Part shown: piece after piece, positions 39,346 through 54,421 of the stretch
How the letters are laid out: every line of letters starts with the position of its first letter
Position numbering within the stretch: the first letter of the stretch is position 1
Source of the DNA: Octopus sinensis
Lineage: Eukaryota
Length of the DNA: 64,000 nt
Direction: 5' to 3'
Assembly (NCBI RefSeq): GCF_006345805.1
Contig: NC_043015.1
Span: 6,510,001-6,574,000 of the forward strand
Made by a program: the position numbers and the translations under genes
The notes under the pieces: generated by a model
The model's input: only the letters and a program-made list of their open reading frames with translations
Databases searched by the model: none
What the model was told of the DNA's origin: nothing

Positions 39346-40345
39346 GGACCCCAGTATTTCAACGGGATCTGTTTATCGTTTCCTGAAAACAAAAAAGGTA
39401 AAGATGACCTCGGCGGGATTTGGACTCACACCGTAAAGGGCCGTGATGGTTCTATCAATCCACAAATTGTAATATAAGTCCTTGTGCTATGATAAGGGTC
39501 CGAATATAGAACAGTACGCATGCATCGGGTAAGAAATCTTTCGCAAGTTTGTATAACATGCGCCTCCTGTTATCTCCCTCTCTATTAAGGAGAGATATCT
39601 GATACGGCAATGGCGATGTTGATGATGTTGATGCTGTTGTTGTTGTTTACACTCTGCTAAAGAATGATTGAGTTGACAGACTTCTATTAAAAGACATCCC
39701 AAACGCGATCATAATCCCTCCATTATTCTTGACTAATTGGACGGTATTTTTCCGCGTGCCCTTTAAGTATTTATAATTTTTATTTTTTTTTTTTTTGAAA
39801 TGGCTTAATGTAATTTCAGAGAAATTGGCTGCTATTTCTTGCGGATTTAATGACCACATTGACGATACCTCTTTTGGCTGGTAAGTTTATGTATATAGTC
39901 GATGAATATTTACATCGCTGAAGTACAATAAGACCCAGGAACTACTGCTTAATAGGCTTACATACGTATATATACATTAATATATATACATTAATATATC
40001 TATATGCATTAATATATATATATATATATAGAAAGTATTAAAGTATGTATGTACTTATAAGATAGCGTATGTAGGAATGATTGGATGGTTAAGTAGTAAT
40101 TAGATGGATGGCTTGAAGGACAATGAATTGATAGAGAGCTGGGTGGGATGTTGTAGATTAGCCAACATAGTTAAAATAAGAACAGATGCATACTTCGTAC
40201 TGTATTGTAAACGAGGGCGGATGGATCGGTCATTTGCTGAATTCAGTTTGTAGTTTTCTTGACGAACACACGAACACAGCAAAATAAGCGTGCACGATAT
40301 CAGAAAATTCTCATGCATTCACACAACGGTACCGAGACCGTTCAT

Positions 40346-40367
40346 TTGTCTATCTATCTATCAACCA

Positions 40368-40404
<37 letters not shown>

Positions 40405-40600
40405 ACTATCTATCTATCATTGTATCTATCATTGTATCTATCATCTATTTATCTAATTATCTATCTATCTATCTATCTATCATTCTATATATTTATTTGT
40501 CTATCTATCTATATATCTATCTATTTACCTATCTATCTATCTATCTATTTACCTATCTATCTATCTATCTATTTACCTATCTATCTATCTATCTATTTAC

Positions 40601-40648
<48 letters not shown>

Positions 40649-40688
40649 TTACCTATCTATCTATCTATCTATCTATATATCTATTTAC

Positions 40689-40725
<37 letters not shown>

Positions 40726-41089
40726 GAGCTATCATTCTATCTATATATTTATTTGTCTATCTATCTATATATCTATATATATATATATATTATATATATA
40801 TATATATTTATCTATCTATCTTGTCTACCTATCTGTCTGTCTGACTGATGGTCTGTCTTATGTATCTATATAGGCATATATGTATATGTATATATATATA
40901 TGGATAGATCAAAAGAGGAGAGCCATGCAGTAGCTACCCGGCCATCTGGACAGACGCTGGGGTCTGATCAGACCCAGCTGGATTACCTGGAGGAGGGTGT
41001 ATGATGATGAAAGACCCGAAATACCCGATGATACCAGGCGCATCTTTGAAGATGTATCCAGATGCATCAGTGATTGATGTATGCACATA

Positions 41090-41163
<74 letters not shown>

Positions 41164-41561
41164 CTATACATATATATATATACATATATATATATACATA
41201 TATATAACAATATATATACATAATATATACATATATATATATACATATATACATATATATATATCCATATATATATATACTATATATATACATATATATA
41301 TACTTATATATATATATACATCTATATAACATATATAATACATATATATATATATATATATATTATACAATATATTACATATATATACATATATATATAT
41401 ATACATATATATATATACATATATATAATACTATATATATACATATATATATATATACACACACATATATACAATATATATATACATATATATATACATA
41501 TATATATATAACACACACATATATTATATATATATATATATATACACACATATATATATAT

Positions 41562-41597
<36 letters not shown>

Positions 41598-41660
41598 CTA
41601 TATATATATAATATATATATTATATATCTGTGTATATATATATGTGTGTGTGTGTGTGTT
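40346..41660. repeat. (TCTA)n block (40346-40830) and (TA/CA)n block (41090-41660)
   Basis: Read directly from the sequence. Confidence 0.95.
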
Positions 41661-42019
41661 TGTATATGTGTTTGTGTGTAGGTAAATAAGTATTTTTTAT
41701 AAGTATGTATATGAGAATATGACACTCATGACCTTACATAACCTTACTATTATTTTCATGCCTCTACTCAGTAATATGTTTTTTTTATTATTATTATTAC
41801 ATATTGATATGTATACCATGTTTATATACATATATACATACATGCATACATACATACATACGGATAGATATGTGCAAACTAAGTTGTACAGTCTATTAGT
41901 TGTAAGACACCCGGTGTTTTTGTCCTGTTTTTACTATTATTGTTTTTTGTATTTTTTATTTGTGTGGCATCGTCCGTTTTTCTGTCCCTGTTTCGTATAC
42001 ATTCGATCCTTTTTCCAAG

Positions 42020-42212
42020 AAATCTAATGCTCGTAGCTTAGTTATTTCTTGGGGCTGGCCGGATCGGAGCGATCTCAAGATTACTCAGCCGAAATTGCTA
42101 GGATGATCCGGTTCTTGACTGAAGATTGAAGGCTTCGAATGTCCCGTCCGTGTTTTTTGTACCGTCGTCTAAATGTTTTACGTTCTTGTCCCAGTTTGTA
42201 TTTTTCTACATA
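42020..42212 (+). repeat. Dispersed repeat (family E), longer copy
   Basis: Matches 37197-37320 and ends at (TA)n. Confidence 0.55.
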
Positions 42213-42215
42213 TAA

Positions 42216-42253
<38 letters not shown>

Positions 42254-43125
42254 ATTTACACATACAAGTTATTTTTTAAAAATATTAATCTAGTAGTAAC
42301 AGTGTTTCAAGGGCGGAGTATTTTGCTTTCTGTAACTTCTAAAGTTTATTAATAACAAAATGTGCGTGTGTGAATGACTGTGTGTGTAGGTGTGTATTCC
42401 TATACACACAACATATTTATATATACATATATATAAATATGTATATACATACATGGTGACTGCTCCCTCGTTATCAAGTATGGCCATTGCACAAAGCTTA
42501 ATCAATGCACATACATACACACATACATATGCAACCCACACACACACACAACCTCACGCATATATCTGTATATAGCGTTAGTACTTCGAGCATACCATTA
42601 TATTTTTATGCATGCTTAGAAAATTATTCAGGAGCAGAAGAACCCAGTAGCTTGTAATTTGAGAAGGTGATTTAGCTGCTATTTCTAGCACGTCATGTAT
42701 TTCAATTGAAGCTCCCTCTCCTCTCCCCACCCCCGCTCTCTTGCTATTGTTTCGTTTACTGCGATTGTTTTGTTATTATTGTTTAAAGACAGTGAAACTA
42801 GTTCATTATTATTGATACAGACATTATATATTTGTTTGATAGGTTTCATCTTTTTCACTCCTACTACTACTACTACTACTACTCACTTCCTACCCCCTGT
42901 TTACCTACCAAAGTACTTGCCTCGTCGGCGTAAATGTCAAAGACTCTCCACTCTGGTCTTTCGTGAGATATTTCCCTTCTCTTTGCTTACAAGTATCAAC
43001 ATACAGAAATGTTTGTGTACATAAATACAAACTCGCACACGAAATCGCGCGCACGCACAAACACACAGGCACACACACACACAAGTACACACACACATAC
43101 GCACGTAGGCAGGTAGACACACACA

Positions 43126-43690
<565 letters not shown>

Positions 43691-45517
43691 ATATATAGAC
43701 ACGCACACGCACATATGTGTATACACGATCAATTATTTTTTCCCGTACTCGGTCCCGTCTCCTGAAAACATTTCAACCTTTGTAGTATGTACATACGTAT
43801 GACATACATACTTACATATGACCAATATTTTTTACAAAGGTTAATAATGTTTACACGCACACACACACATGTTATTTACAAGTTTATATTATTGCTTAGC
43901 ATCTAGGTAATACCTGAATAAAGCAGATCTACAAGTAGAGACCTTCTAGCCATGATCATTCCATCGATATCTCAGATTTGGCGAGATTTTTTTTTCTTTT
44001 TCTTTGCTTTTTAAAAATTTCTAGTCAATTACATATTCTAATTTAAGTAGAATTTAGCTATGCTTTCTAGCCAATTTTTCTGCCCCATAGACGGTCATTG
44101 ACTGTTGCTTTATATATAGACACCAAAACGCACGCTTACACGCACGATCTCGCATACACACACATGCATGCACACAATCTCTTCCACATAGTCTCACACA
44201 TCTCATACGATCGCGCGCGCTCGTACTCTCGTACACAGTCGAACACGATTACCCGCACAGTCATTCACTTATAAACATATATCTTATAAGAAAATACAGA
44301 CACACACACACAAACACACACACAGACGCATGCATGCACACACATCAAGTTGTTTACCTCACCGTTGCTTTTATTAAGGTAAAAAAAATAAACTGTATAT
44401 ACTTTTGAGGTTTATAAATGCAATTTCCAATTTGTAATAACTTGCTTTTAGTTTCTTCATTTTTTCCCTCGTTCCCTGTTAGATGTGCTTCCTTACATTC
44501 TGTTGCGCGCGCACACGCGGACACATACGTACACACACACATATATAATATATATATATATATATATATTATATTATATATATGTATATATTATGTATAT
44601 ATATATATATATGTCTATATATATATGTATGTATATATATGTATATATATATATGTATATAGATATATATATGTATATATATATAGTATGTATGTATATA
44701 TATATATATATATGTATGTATTCTATATATATATATATGTATGTATATAGATATATATTATAGTATGTCTATATATATATATATATGTATGTATATATAT
44801 ATATGTATGTATATATATATATGTATGTATATATATATGTATGTATATGTATTAATATATATATATATATATATATGTATGTATATATACATTTATATAT
44901 ATATATATATATATAATATATACGTAATTACCTTGGAGTATACTATTATTTTTCCCTCATATTAATAATGTCAAATATATTTGTCCGCTATTTTATTATT
45001 TATATTTTTTTCATATTATTTTCCACTATTTGTTTTTGGGCATTTTTTTTTGTATTTAATATGTTGTCCAATTATTGCACTCGAACCGACATCAATATTT
45101 CTATATTAATCAATATAGTTATTTATATGTATTTATACCTTTATATTTCTGTTTATATATTTACATATATACGAATATAACTTTGTATTTTCCTGTCTAT
45201 CTATCTATTTCTCTATATATCTGTCTATCAGTATGTGTGACTTAGTCTACATCTATATATCTATCCATCTATCTATCTACCTATCTATCTATCTATCTCT
45301 GTCTGTCTATCTCTCTCTCTCTAACTACCTAACTATTTATCTATCTATCTATCTATCTATCTATACATATATATATATGTGTGTGTGTATAAATGAACAT
45401 ATAAGTATATATATACCTACATATTGGTATATATATATATATATAGCCATGTATCTAACTGTCTGTCTCTCTATCCATCTAGCTCTCTCCCTCTAGCTCT
45501 ATGTATGTGTGTGGTTG

Positions 45518-45552
<35 letters not shown>

Positions 45553-45924
45553 TGTGTTTGTTTGCATATAATTATTATGGTTTTTTTTTTGTTCTGTTAT
45601 TTCTTTGTTTTATCTCCTTTGAAGTTTGTTTTACTTTTTTTTATTACGTTCTCTTTTATTTCATTACATTGTATCTCCTCTTTTCATCTCATCCCACAGA
45701 AAAATTAAAAGAAAGCGCAATAAAAAGTTGTAAACACACATTATCCAATAAAACGAACACATATTTGTTATTATTAATTGTCATAATTGTTTTTAATACC
45801 GGTGTTGTTTAATGTATATAGCTTTATTTTTGATTTTCGTTGAACAATATATCTTTTTTTACCAATATGTTTCAAATTTAATACCTTGTTGTTGTTTTTT
45901 CGTTTCTGATTGTTTTACAAGTAC

Positions 45925-45925
<1 letters not shown>

Positions 45926-46004
<79 letters not shown>

Positions 46005-46270
46005 CCTTATATTAATATTAATATTATTGTTATTATTGTTATTATTATTATTATTATTATTAGGTGTTGTTTTTTATTTAATTATTTATCTATCTTCTTA
46101 TATACTTAAATGACGCCATATTCTAAACCCACCGGCGTCGAGACGATTTACTAATCACTATCAGATCATTTTTCTTATAAATACAGATATACATATGCAT
46201 GTATATATAATATAATATAATATAATATAATATAATATAATATAATATAATATAATATATATATATATAT
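45926..46270. repeat. (TAA)n/(TTA)n and (TATAA)n tracts
   Basis: Read directly from the sequence. Confidence 0.9.
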
Positions 46271-48132
46271 ATACACACATATATGAGTGTGAGCGTGTGT
46301 GCGTATGTGTATGTGTGTATCTCTATATGTGTATATATTTATGTGTATATATATACATGCAGATGCATGCATATATACATACACATGTGCACACATAGCA
46401 TAGCAAATTTTCTTTCTTTTCTAAGCCGAGGCGGACACGGTGCGCTCCTCGTTGTAGATCCGATCGAAATACATAGGCACTACGCGAATGAAACAAAGGA
46501 ATAACGGAAGAAAGAATGGAAAGTAAGAAAGAAGAACATAGGAAATCAGATTGGAAGGAATGCAGAATGAAGTTAAAGAATGAACAAAGTCACCATTATA
46601 ATATTAGTAAATTTAGGTACGGAACTAAGAAAGAGGTGTTAAAGGGATTGTTTACCGGCACCTTGTTTTTGCTTTTAATTTTTTAGGATACCTGAATAAA
46701 CGCTTGCTTTAATATGTACTTTCATAATGCTATTAGTTTCACTTGGTGCATTTGTTTTGGTAACTATTTTCGTCGTGTATTACTAGTTATTGCTTCGAGC
46801 ATGGGATATTTAATAGCAGAATCACTAGTGTATGGTATATTAGTGCGTTATAGTACGTCCAATTACCATTCTTAACGTTACATGCTCGAACCCCACCGGG
46901 ACCAATTTTTATATGTTAATTTTGGGATTCAGAAAATACAGTACCAGTAATTACCAGTAATTTTCTTGATCTACTTTTGATGTTTTTAACCCTTTTGCCT
47001 GTATAAGTTATTGGTTGAAGATATGAGCTGTGAGAGCGTCTTAGAAAATCTCTTGCGACATTTAGTGGCGGCCTAAGAAGTTTTGAATTTATATACTACC
47101 GATGTCGACTTTACATTTTATCATCAAGGGGTCCATAAACTAAAGCACCAACTATATACGAAGGTTGGCATTATCAACTATATTCCCAATCTCCATTCTG
47201 AAACAAATTTTAGCCTACGTAAGTAAATATCGTTTATTGCTTCTGCAGTAAGAACCGGCATAAATTGTTAAATTCTGTAGCATTGAAGGACAACGTGCCT
47301 TGCGTTATATGCTCCATCGTTTTATGTAGTGAGTTCAAATCCAGTCAAGATCATATTTATGATTCAGCCTTTCGAGCTCATTCGAATAAATTACCAGCTA
47401 TGTGCTGGAATCTATGTGCTCGTCTGTTTTCCCCTATCTCCAAATATCTGGCCTTGTGCCTATGAATAAAAAATATTTTCAGCTTCTCTTTGTGCTACTG
47501 CTGTACGACTGCTTATAGACGTTCTGCCGATTCCTCTGCTGAAGCTATTGCTAATACTACTACTACTGCTGCTACTGCCCGTGGCAGTGCTGCTGTAACT
47601 GCTGCTGGTAGCAGGGCTGCCGCTGCTGCTGCTGCTGTTCCTGCTGCTGGTGCTGCTGCTGCTGTTGTGTTTGCAATTGTTGATATTATTTATACTGTTA
47701 TGTATAATTGTCGATAAGGAATGTGACTGGATTCCATGGAATCAAAATCGTGTAGGAAGTGCTGTAACTCTAAAGATGGTATCAGTGGGAATATTTTTTT
47801 TAGTAATGCTGGGTGGTGGTATGATAATTAAGTTTATGATAATTAAGTTGTTGTTGTTGTAGGTGGTGGTTATAATAGTAGTTTCGAATTTTGGCACAAG
47901 ACCAGCAATTTTCGGTGGTAGGGTGTTATACGATTACACCCAACCTCAACACTCAAATGGTTTACCGATCCTGAAAGAATGAAAGGCAAATTCAACGGCG
48001 ACGGAATTGAAACTCAAAACGTAATGAGCTCAATGAAATATCGGATTCAAATTTTGGCAAAAGACCACAGAGACGAGAGAGTGGGTAAGTTGATTACGTC
48101 AGACCCATTGCTCAACAGGTACGTATTTTATC

Positions 48133-48547
48133 TATTTCTTTATTACCCACAAGGGGCTAAACACAGAGGGGGCAAACAAGGACAGACATAGGTATTAAGT
48201 CGATTACATCGACCCCCAGTGCGTAACTGGTACTTAATTTATCGACCCCGAAAGGATGAAAGGCAAAGTCGACCTCGGCGGAATTTGAACTCACAACGTA
48301 ACGCAGACGAAATGCCTATTTCATTATTACCCACAAGGGGCCAAACACAGAGGGAACAAACAAGGACACACATAGGTATTAAGTCGATTACATCGACCCC
48401 AGTGCGTAACTGGTACTTAATTTATCGACCCCGAAAGGATGAAAGGCAAAGTCGACCTCGGCGGAATTTGAACTCACAAACGTAACGCAGACGAAATACC
48501 GCTAAGCATTTCGCCCGGCGTGCTAACGTTTCTGCCAGCTCGCCGCC
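48133..48547 (-). mobile_element. SINE-A dimer (full copy 48319-48547 plus head-less copy 48133-48318) with 18-bp TSD
   Basis: Flanks are ACAGGTACGTATTTTATC (48115-48132) and ACAGGTACTTATTTTATC (48548-48565); both monomers share diagnostic bases. Confidence 0.85.
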
Positions 48548-48858
48548 ACAGGTACTTATTTTATCGACTCGGAAAGAATGAAAAGTAAAGTACACCTAGG
48601 CAGAATTTGAACTCCGAACTTAAATACGGACGAAATACTTCTAAGCATTTTGCCCAACGTGCTAATGATTCTGGCAACTCCTTCTCTTCAACCGGAAGAA
48701 ATATAGTAAAGCATTTTTTCTGAAGCTCTAAAGATTTTGTTATCTCGGTGCCTTTCGTCGTTACAATGGTGACAGTATGATAATGGAAATGATCTTTGAT
48801 AACAGAAAAGGCCTACTATTTTAGAGGAAGGGACTAATCGCTCCCATCAGACCCAGTG

Positions 48859-49157
48859 TGGAGGCACATGGCCTTGTGGTTAGAGCAGCGGACTCGCGGT
48901 CGAGGGATCCCGGATTCGAATCTCAGACCGGGCGATGTATGTGTTTATGAGCGAAACACCTAAGCTCCACGCGGCCCCGGCAGAATATAATGGCGAAACT
49001 TCTTCGCCACAACTTTCTCTCACTCTTTCCTCCTGCATCTTGCAGCTCACTCACCTGCGATGGACCGGTGTCCCGTCAAGGTGGGGAACCTATACGCCAA
49101 GAAACCGGGAAACCGGCCCTTATGAACCAGACATGGCTCGAGAAGGAACAAACAAAA
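48859..49157 (+). mobile_element. SINE with a C-type head and a different 3' body, 13-bp TSD
   Basis: TSD ATCAGACCCAGTG at 48846-48858 and 49158-49170. The head resembles family C; the 3' part reads GCGATGGACCGGTGTCCCGTC...GAAACCGGGAAACCGG. Confidence 0.85.
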
Positions 49158-49260
49158 ATCAGACCCAGTGCTCCGTTCGTACTTATTTCACCGACCCCGA
49201 AATGATGAAAGGCGAAGTCGAAGGCATTTGAACTCATAAAGTAAAGACAGACGAAATGGG

Positions 49261-49560
49261 GCATATACTTATTCTACCAGTCCCTTTTGCCGAATCGCTA
49301 AGTTAAGGAGGCGTAAACACACCAGCATCGGTTGTCAAGCGATGTTGGGGGGGGGGGGGGACAAACACAGACACACAAACACACACATATTATATATATA
49401 TATACATATAGAAGACGGGTTTCTTTTCAGTTTCCGCCTACCAAATCCACACACAAGGCTTTGGTCGGCCCGAGGTTATAGTAGAAGACACCCAAGATGC
49501 CATGCGGTGGGACTGAACTCGGAACCATGTGGTTGGTAAGCAAGCTACTTACCACACAGC
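49261..49560 (-). mobile_element. SINE-B
   Basis: TACTTATTCTA...TTTCAGTTTCCGCCTACCAAATCC...GGGACTGAACTCGGAACCATGTGG...CTTACCACACAGCC. Confidence 0.8.
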
Positions 49561-50042
49561 CAAACCTACGCCTATGTGAATATACATTCTGAAATGATAG
49601 GGTTTACGTTTAGGGAGATTTGACTGCTGCCTCTAAAGAGTAGAAAGGCCATATAAAGCAGCAGCAAACATTTTGATATTGGCGATGCTTTTAGTGTAGC
49701 TTATTTAAAAGTTCCTTGTTGTTTTTATTACTGTCGATGCTAATTAGTATTCTTGCTATTGATGATAACGAGGGCGATTATTAATATGAAGATTAAGCTA
49801 GTGACGATTAGGGATAAGCCTGGTGCTTAAAGGAATAAAGACGAAAACAATGGGGATGATGTTACGATTAAAATGACGGCGACGATGGTAATGGTAATGG
49901 AGGAGTGGTGGTGAGGAAGATGTCATTATTGGTGGGGAGCTGATGAGGATGTTGTCCAGGAGTGATTTAATCGCAAAGCGCGCGATGTAACCCCAGTAAG
50001 GAAGATAAGAGGCCAGTGCTCAGATTTGCATTTAAAGGAATT

Positions 50043-50116
<74 letters not shown>

Positions 50117-50169
50117 TAGTGGTAGTAGTAGTTGTAGTGGTGGTGGTGATAGTAGTAGTAGTAGTAGTG

Positions 50170-50219
<50 letters not shown>

Positions 50220-50230
50220 GGTGGTGGTTT
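50043..50230. repeat. (AGT)n(GGT)n microsatellite
   Basis: Read directly from the sequence. Confidence 0.95.
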
Positions 50231-50976
50231 CCTGTGAACTTGGCTATGTTGGGCGGAAGATCACATGGTTTTATGGTCTAGCAATAATAATTACACTACA
50301 GTAACAGTGTTTCAAGCCAAGTAATGTCAGTACCAGTAAAACATACCTGCTCATATAAATATATATTTATTTACAGAATACGTATACACACACACATACA
50401 CACACACATTCACACACTCACATACGCGTGCGTGTGCACACAAACAGGTATACATATACATACATATACATACATACATGAACCCAAATAGTGATATTTA
50501 AAATCATTTAATACGTAAGTTTCATGTTTACGTAATGTATAATAGAAAATGTTTCCATTACGTACGACCTTCCTCAGGGATTGGTAATGCTTTAACTGAG
50601 GATGGCTTTAAGTAATGGATGTATTTCCTATTATATAATATACATGTATACCAGGATATACATGTGGAATCTACAAATAATATACGTAAGGTCTAAAGAA
50701 AGAAATTTTAATAGGAGAAGGTGGATTGAATAGGCTTTATTACAAATTGAAGCGATTGATTCAACGCATCATTATCAGTTGTTAATTAGTGTATACAGCT
50801 ATTGTTAAATCATACTGTACTATTGTGAACAATTTATGCAACACCCAGCAATAAACAGCTGATAATGATGTTTTGAAATAGTTATAGTGATTTGTAATAA
50901 ATCTGTTCAATCCAATCTCTTTTATGAAAAATCTGTTCACAATATGTGTGTGTGTGTGTGTGTGTTGATATATAAT

Positions 50977-51350
50977 GGAGGCGCAATGGCCCAGTGGTCG
51001 GGGCAGCGGACTCGTGGTCGTAGAATCGCGGTTTCGATTCCCAGACCGGACGTTGCGAGTGTTTATTGAACGAAAACACCTAAAGCCCCACGAGGATCTG
51101 GCAAGGGTGGTGGTGGCGAACCCTGCTGTACTCTTTCACTACAACTTTATCTCACTCTATCTTCCCGTTTCTGTTGTACCTGTATTTCAAAGGGCCAGCC
51201 TTATCACGCACTGTGTCACGCTGAATCTCCCCCGAGGACTACGATAAGAGTACGCATGCTCAGTCACTTGCACGTTAATTTAACTAGCAGACTGTTCCGT
51301 TGATCGGATCAACTGGAACCCTCCTCGTCGTAACCGACGGAGTCCCAACC
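50977..51350 (+). mobile_element. SINE family C, full length
   Basis: Collinear with 27540-27921. Confidence 0.85.
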
Positions 51351-51351
51351 A

Positions 51352-51388
<37 letters not shown>

Positions 51389-51749
51389 TTTATGTATATT
51401 ACTGCTGCCGTACGGAAAGAATTTCCATATTAGCGGTATCGTTGTTAATCCTCAAACCAAATTTAAAATATTTACCAAAGAAATACGGTGTTGAACATAC
51501 ATTCTCCTTGTTTGACACTATTATATTTGCTTGCTCGTGTATGCGTGTGTGTGTGTGTGTGTATGAGTGATACTGAATGTGTGTGTGTGTGTCTCTGTGT
51601 GTGTGTGTGTATGTGTGTGTCTGTGCTGGCGCACATGCATGAGCGTGTGTGTATTTGATTACATGGTTCTCCTACAAGTGTCGAAATATTTTTTAACGGC
51701 AATAATGAAAATCATAAGATGATAAAATTTTGTAAAAGAAAACAAAAAA

Positions 51750-51780
<31 letters not shown>

Positions 51781-52282
51781 ATTAATAATTACGATATTAA
51801 TTAAAGAAACCAACGACCGATACCTGCTGTGACACATTCAACACCAACGAACTAATGCAAAACAACAACACGAACAACAGCACTGAATAAAAACGGTAAA
51901 GTCGATTACTCAAGAATTAGTATGACGCTGTATGCATTCGCAAATTCTTTTATTGAAAATACTCATTAAGCCAGCAACCACGATTATGACAACGACGACG
52001 AGTAAAAGAACGTGAAGAGGGTCAGGTGGGGCGGAGCAAGTAGAACGAGCAGTGTGTTAGTGAAATGGTAATAAAGGGATTAGTGAATTGTTGACAGCAA
52101 AGCACCCCAACAAATGTTAGATTATAAGCATGACAGTAAATATTGTTAATAAAAGAAAATGCACTTTTGTAGGATAAAGAGGGAGATAAACAGATGTGTA
52201 AACACGCGTATATATATGTTTAGTACTGCGGAACATACGCGCACATGTATGTCAATATATATATATATTCTTTTGTTCTTAT

Positions 52283-52470
52283 ATTTGTTTCAGTCATTTG
52301 ACTGCGGCCATGCTGGAGCACCGCCTTTAGTCGAACCAATAGACCCCCAGGACTAAATCTTTGTAAGCCTAATACTTATTCTATCGATCACTTTTGCCGA
52401 ACCGTAAGTTAGGGGTACCTAATCACACCAACATCGATAGTCAAGCAATGGTAAGGGTACAAGCACACAC
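52283..52470 (-). mobile_element. SINE-B 3' half
   Basis: TTGTTTCAGTCATTTGACTGCGGCCATGCTGGAGCACCGCC. Confidence 0.75.
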
Positions 52471-52521
52471 ACACAAATACATATATATGTTTATATATAT
52501 GTATACATTTTCTTATTACTC

Positions 52522-52583
<62 letters not shown>

Positions 52584-53766
52584 TACACGTGCGCGCAAAG
52601 ACACACGCGCGGGCTCACACACACACACATAAACGATGTGTATATAGGAATAAGTTGTGCAGGCAGGTACCGTAAGAGCTCTCTGGTGCAGTCCAGGCTC
52701 CGGTTAATTAAGCAGTAAGAAGCACCAAGAATCGTCTTCGAATATGTCTCTGTATTTATGTATATATGTATGTATGTAATCCATAAATGTATATAAGCAT
52801 GCATGCACGTATGTATGTACATATGTATACACGCATGCATGCATATATGTATATAGGTATGAATGTGTGTGTGTGTATGTATGTATGCATGCATGCATGT
52901 ATGTATGTCATTATTAATTTTTTTGTTTGTTTTTTTTCAAGATTTTTGAACTATAGAGAAAAACCGGTTTCTAACCTAGATCCAAGTTTCCTTCATTGGA
53001 ATTTCAACAACAAGGTATTTTTGTATGTATGTATGTGCCGATTTTTATCCTTTATGTAGTGTGTGTATGTATGCATGTATGTATGCTTGTGTGTATGTAT
53101 ATGCTTATGTACATGTGCCCGTTTGCATTTGTCGCTATGCGTATTACGAAGACTTGAATCGTGACTCAAGACGGAAACAAAAGAAAGCTACAGAAATCTT
53201 AAGTGAATACATCAAGAAATCAGTAAATTAAAGAGGATAATTCAAAGATAACAAAACTAGGATCTCCCACCCTCTTACTAGTAATTCTTCTTCTCTAAAT
53301 GCTGGGTACAGGGGCTGACGTGTCATCAATGCAGGTTATTTTGGGTTTTTTTTTTACTCAGACTTATTGCCTTGTTACACCTGATAATTCACAATTAAAT
53401 AGTTCATTCACATTAGAAGACAGTGACTTTCCTTACTAAATTCAATACAAATGTTCTTTCGAAGCTGATAGTTCATTTCCTTGTTATTCGAAGATTTTCC
53501 ACTTGTACGAGTTCGTGCAGGTAACGCAGATAATAAATGAATCATCTGCTTTGAATGGAGTATTATCAGCTAAATAGATTGAGTTGTTTATCTCTATTCT
53601 GCGCTCCTACATCTCAAATGCGTACGCGTGTGTCTATGGTGTACGTGCCTACGTGTGGGTATATATATATATATGCATATATAAATACATATATATATAT
53701 AGGAAAAAAGAAAATAGGAAAAAAGCAACAAGAATGGATCAATATATCGGTACAATTGTTTCGTAC

Positions 53767-53820
<54 letters not shown>

Positions 53821-54353
53821 ATGTTTATAAGTCTGTGTGTGTATATGTATATATGTTGGTAATTGCCAAGAGATTGACCGGTTTGCTCAAAGTTAAATGT
53901 TCAAAATAGGCTAATCAACTGTTAGCATATAAATCCAGTAATAATTTTTATATAAGTATTTAGTGATATATTCCATTGGATTATTCTAAACATATTACAT
54001 TCATTCATATAGGTTTCCTGGAGTATTTGCTATCAATAAGGATGATGATGACGATGATGATGATGATGAAGACGATGATGATGATGACGACGATGATGAT
54101 GACGGCGATGATGTTGATGATGACGACGATGATGTTGATGATGACGACGATGATGTTGATCATGACGACGACGATGATGATGATGATAGTAATAGTGATA
54201 TGAAATCACCATATCGCGCACATGGTTTTGCGCGACATATGGTCTATTTTTATCAACGGGTAGTCATGGTAGGTATACTCGGCTTCGTATATTTTACCCT
54301 AGTGTCACTGTGATGGCATGCACTGCTCTCTCATTCATTAATAATAATAATAA

Positions 54354-54419
<66 letters not shown>

Positions 54420-54421
54420 TG

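Noticed and set aside
50548-50580. Minus-strand CTGAGGA-A-GGTCGTACGTAATG-GAAAC
   Set aside because: The core words are present but stem II cannot pair; too decayed to call.
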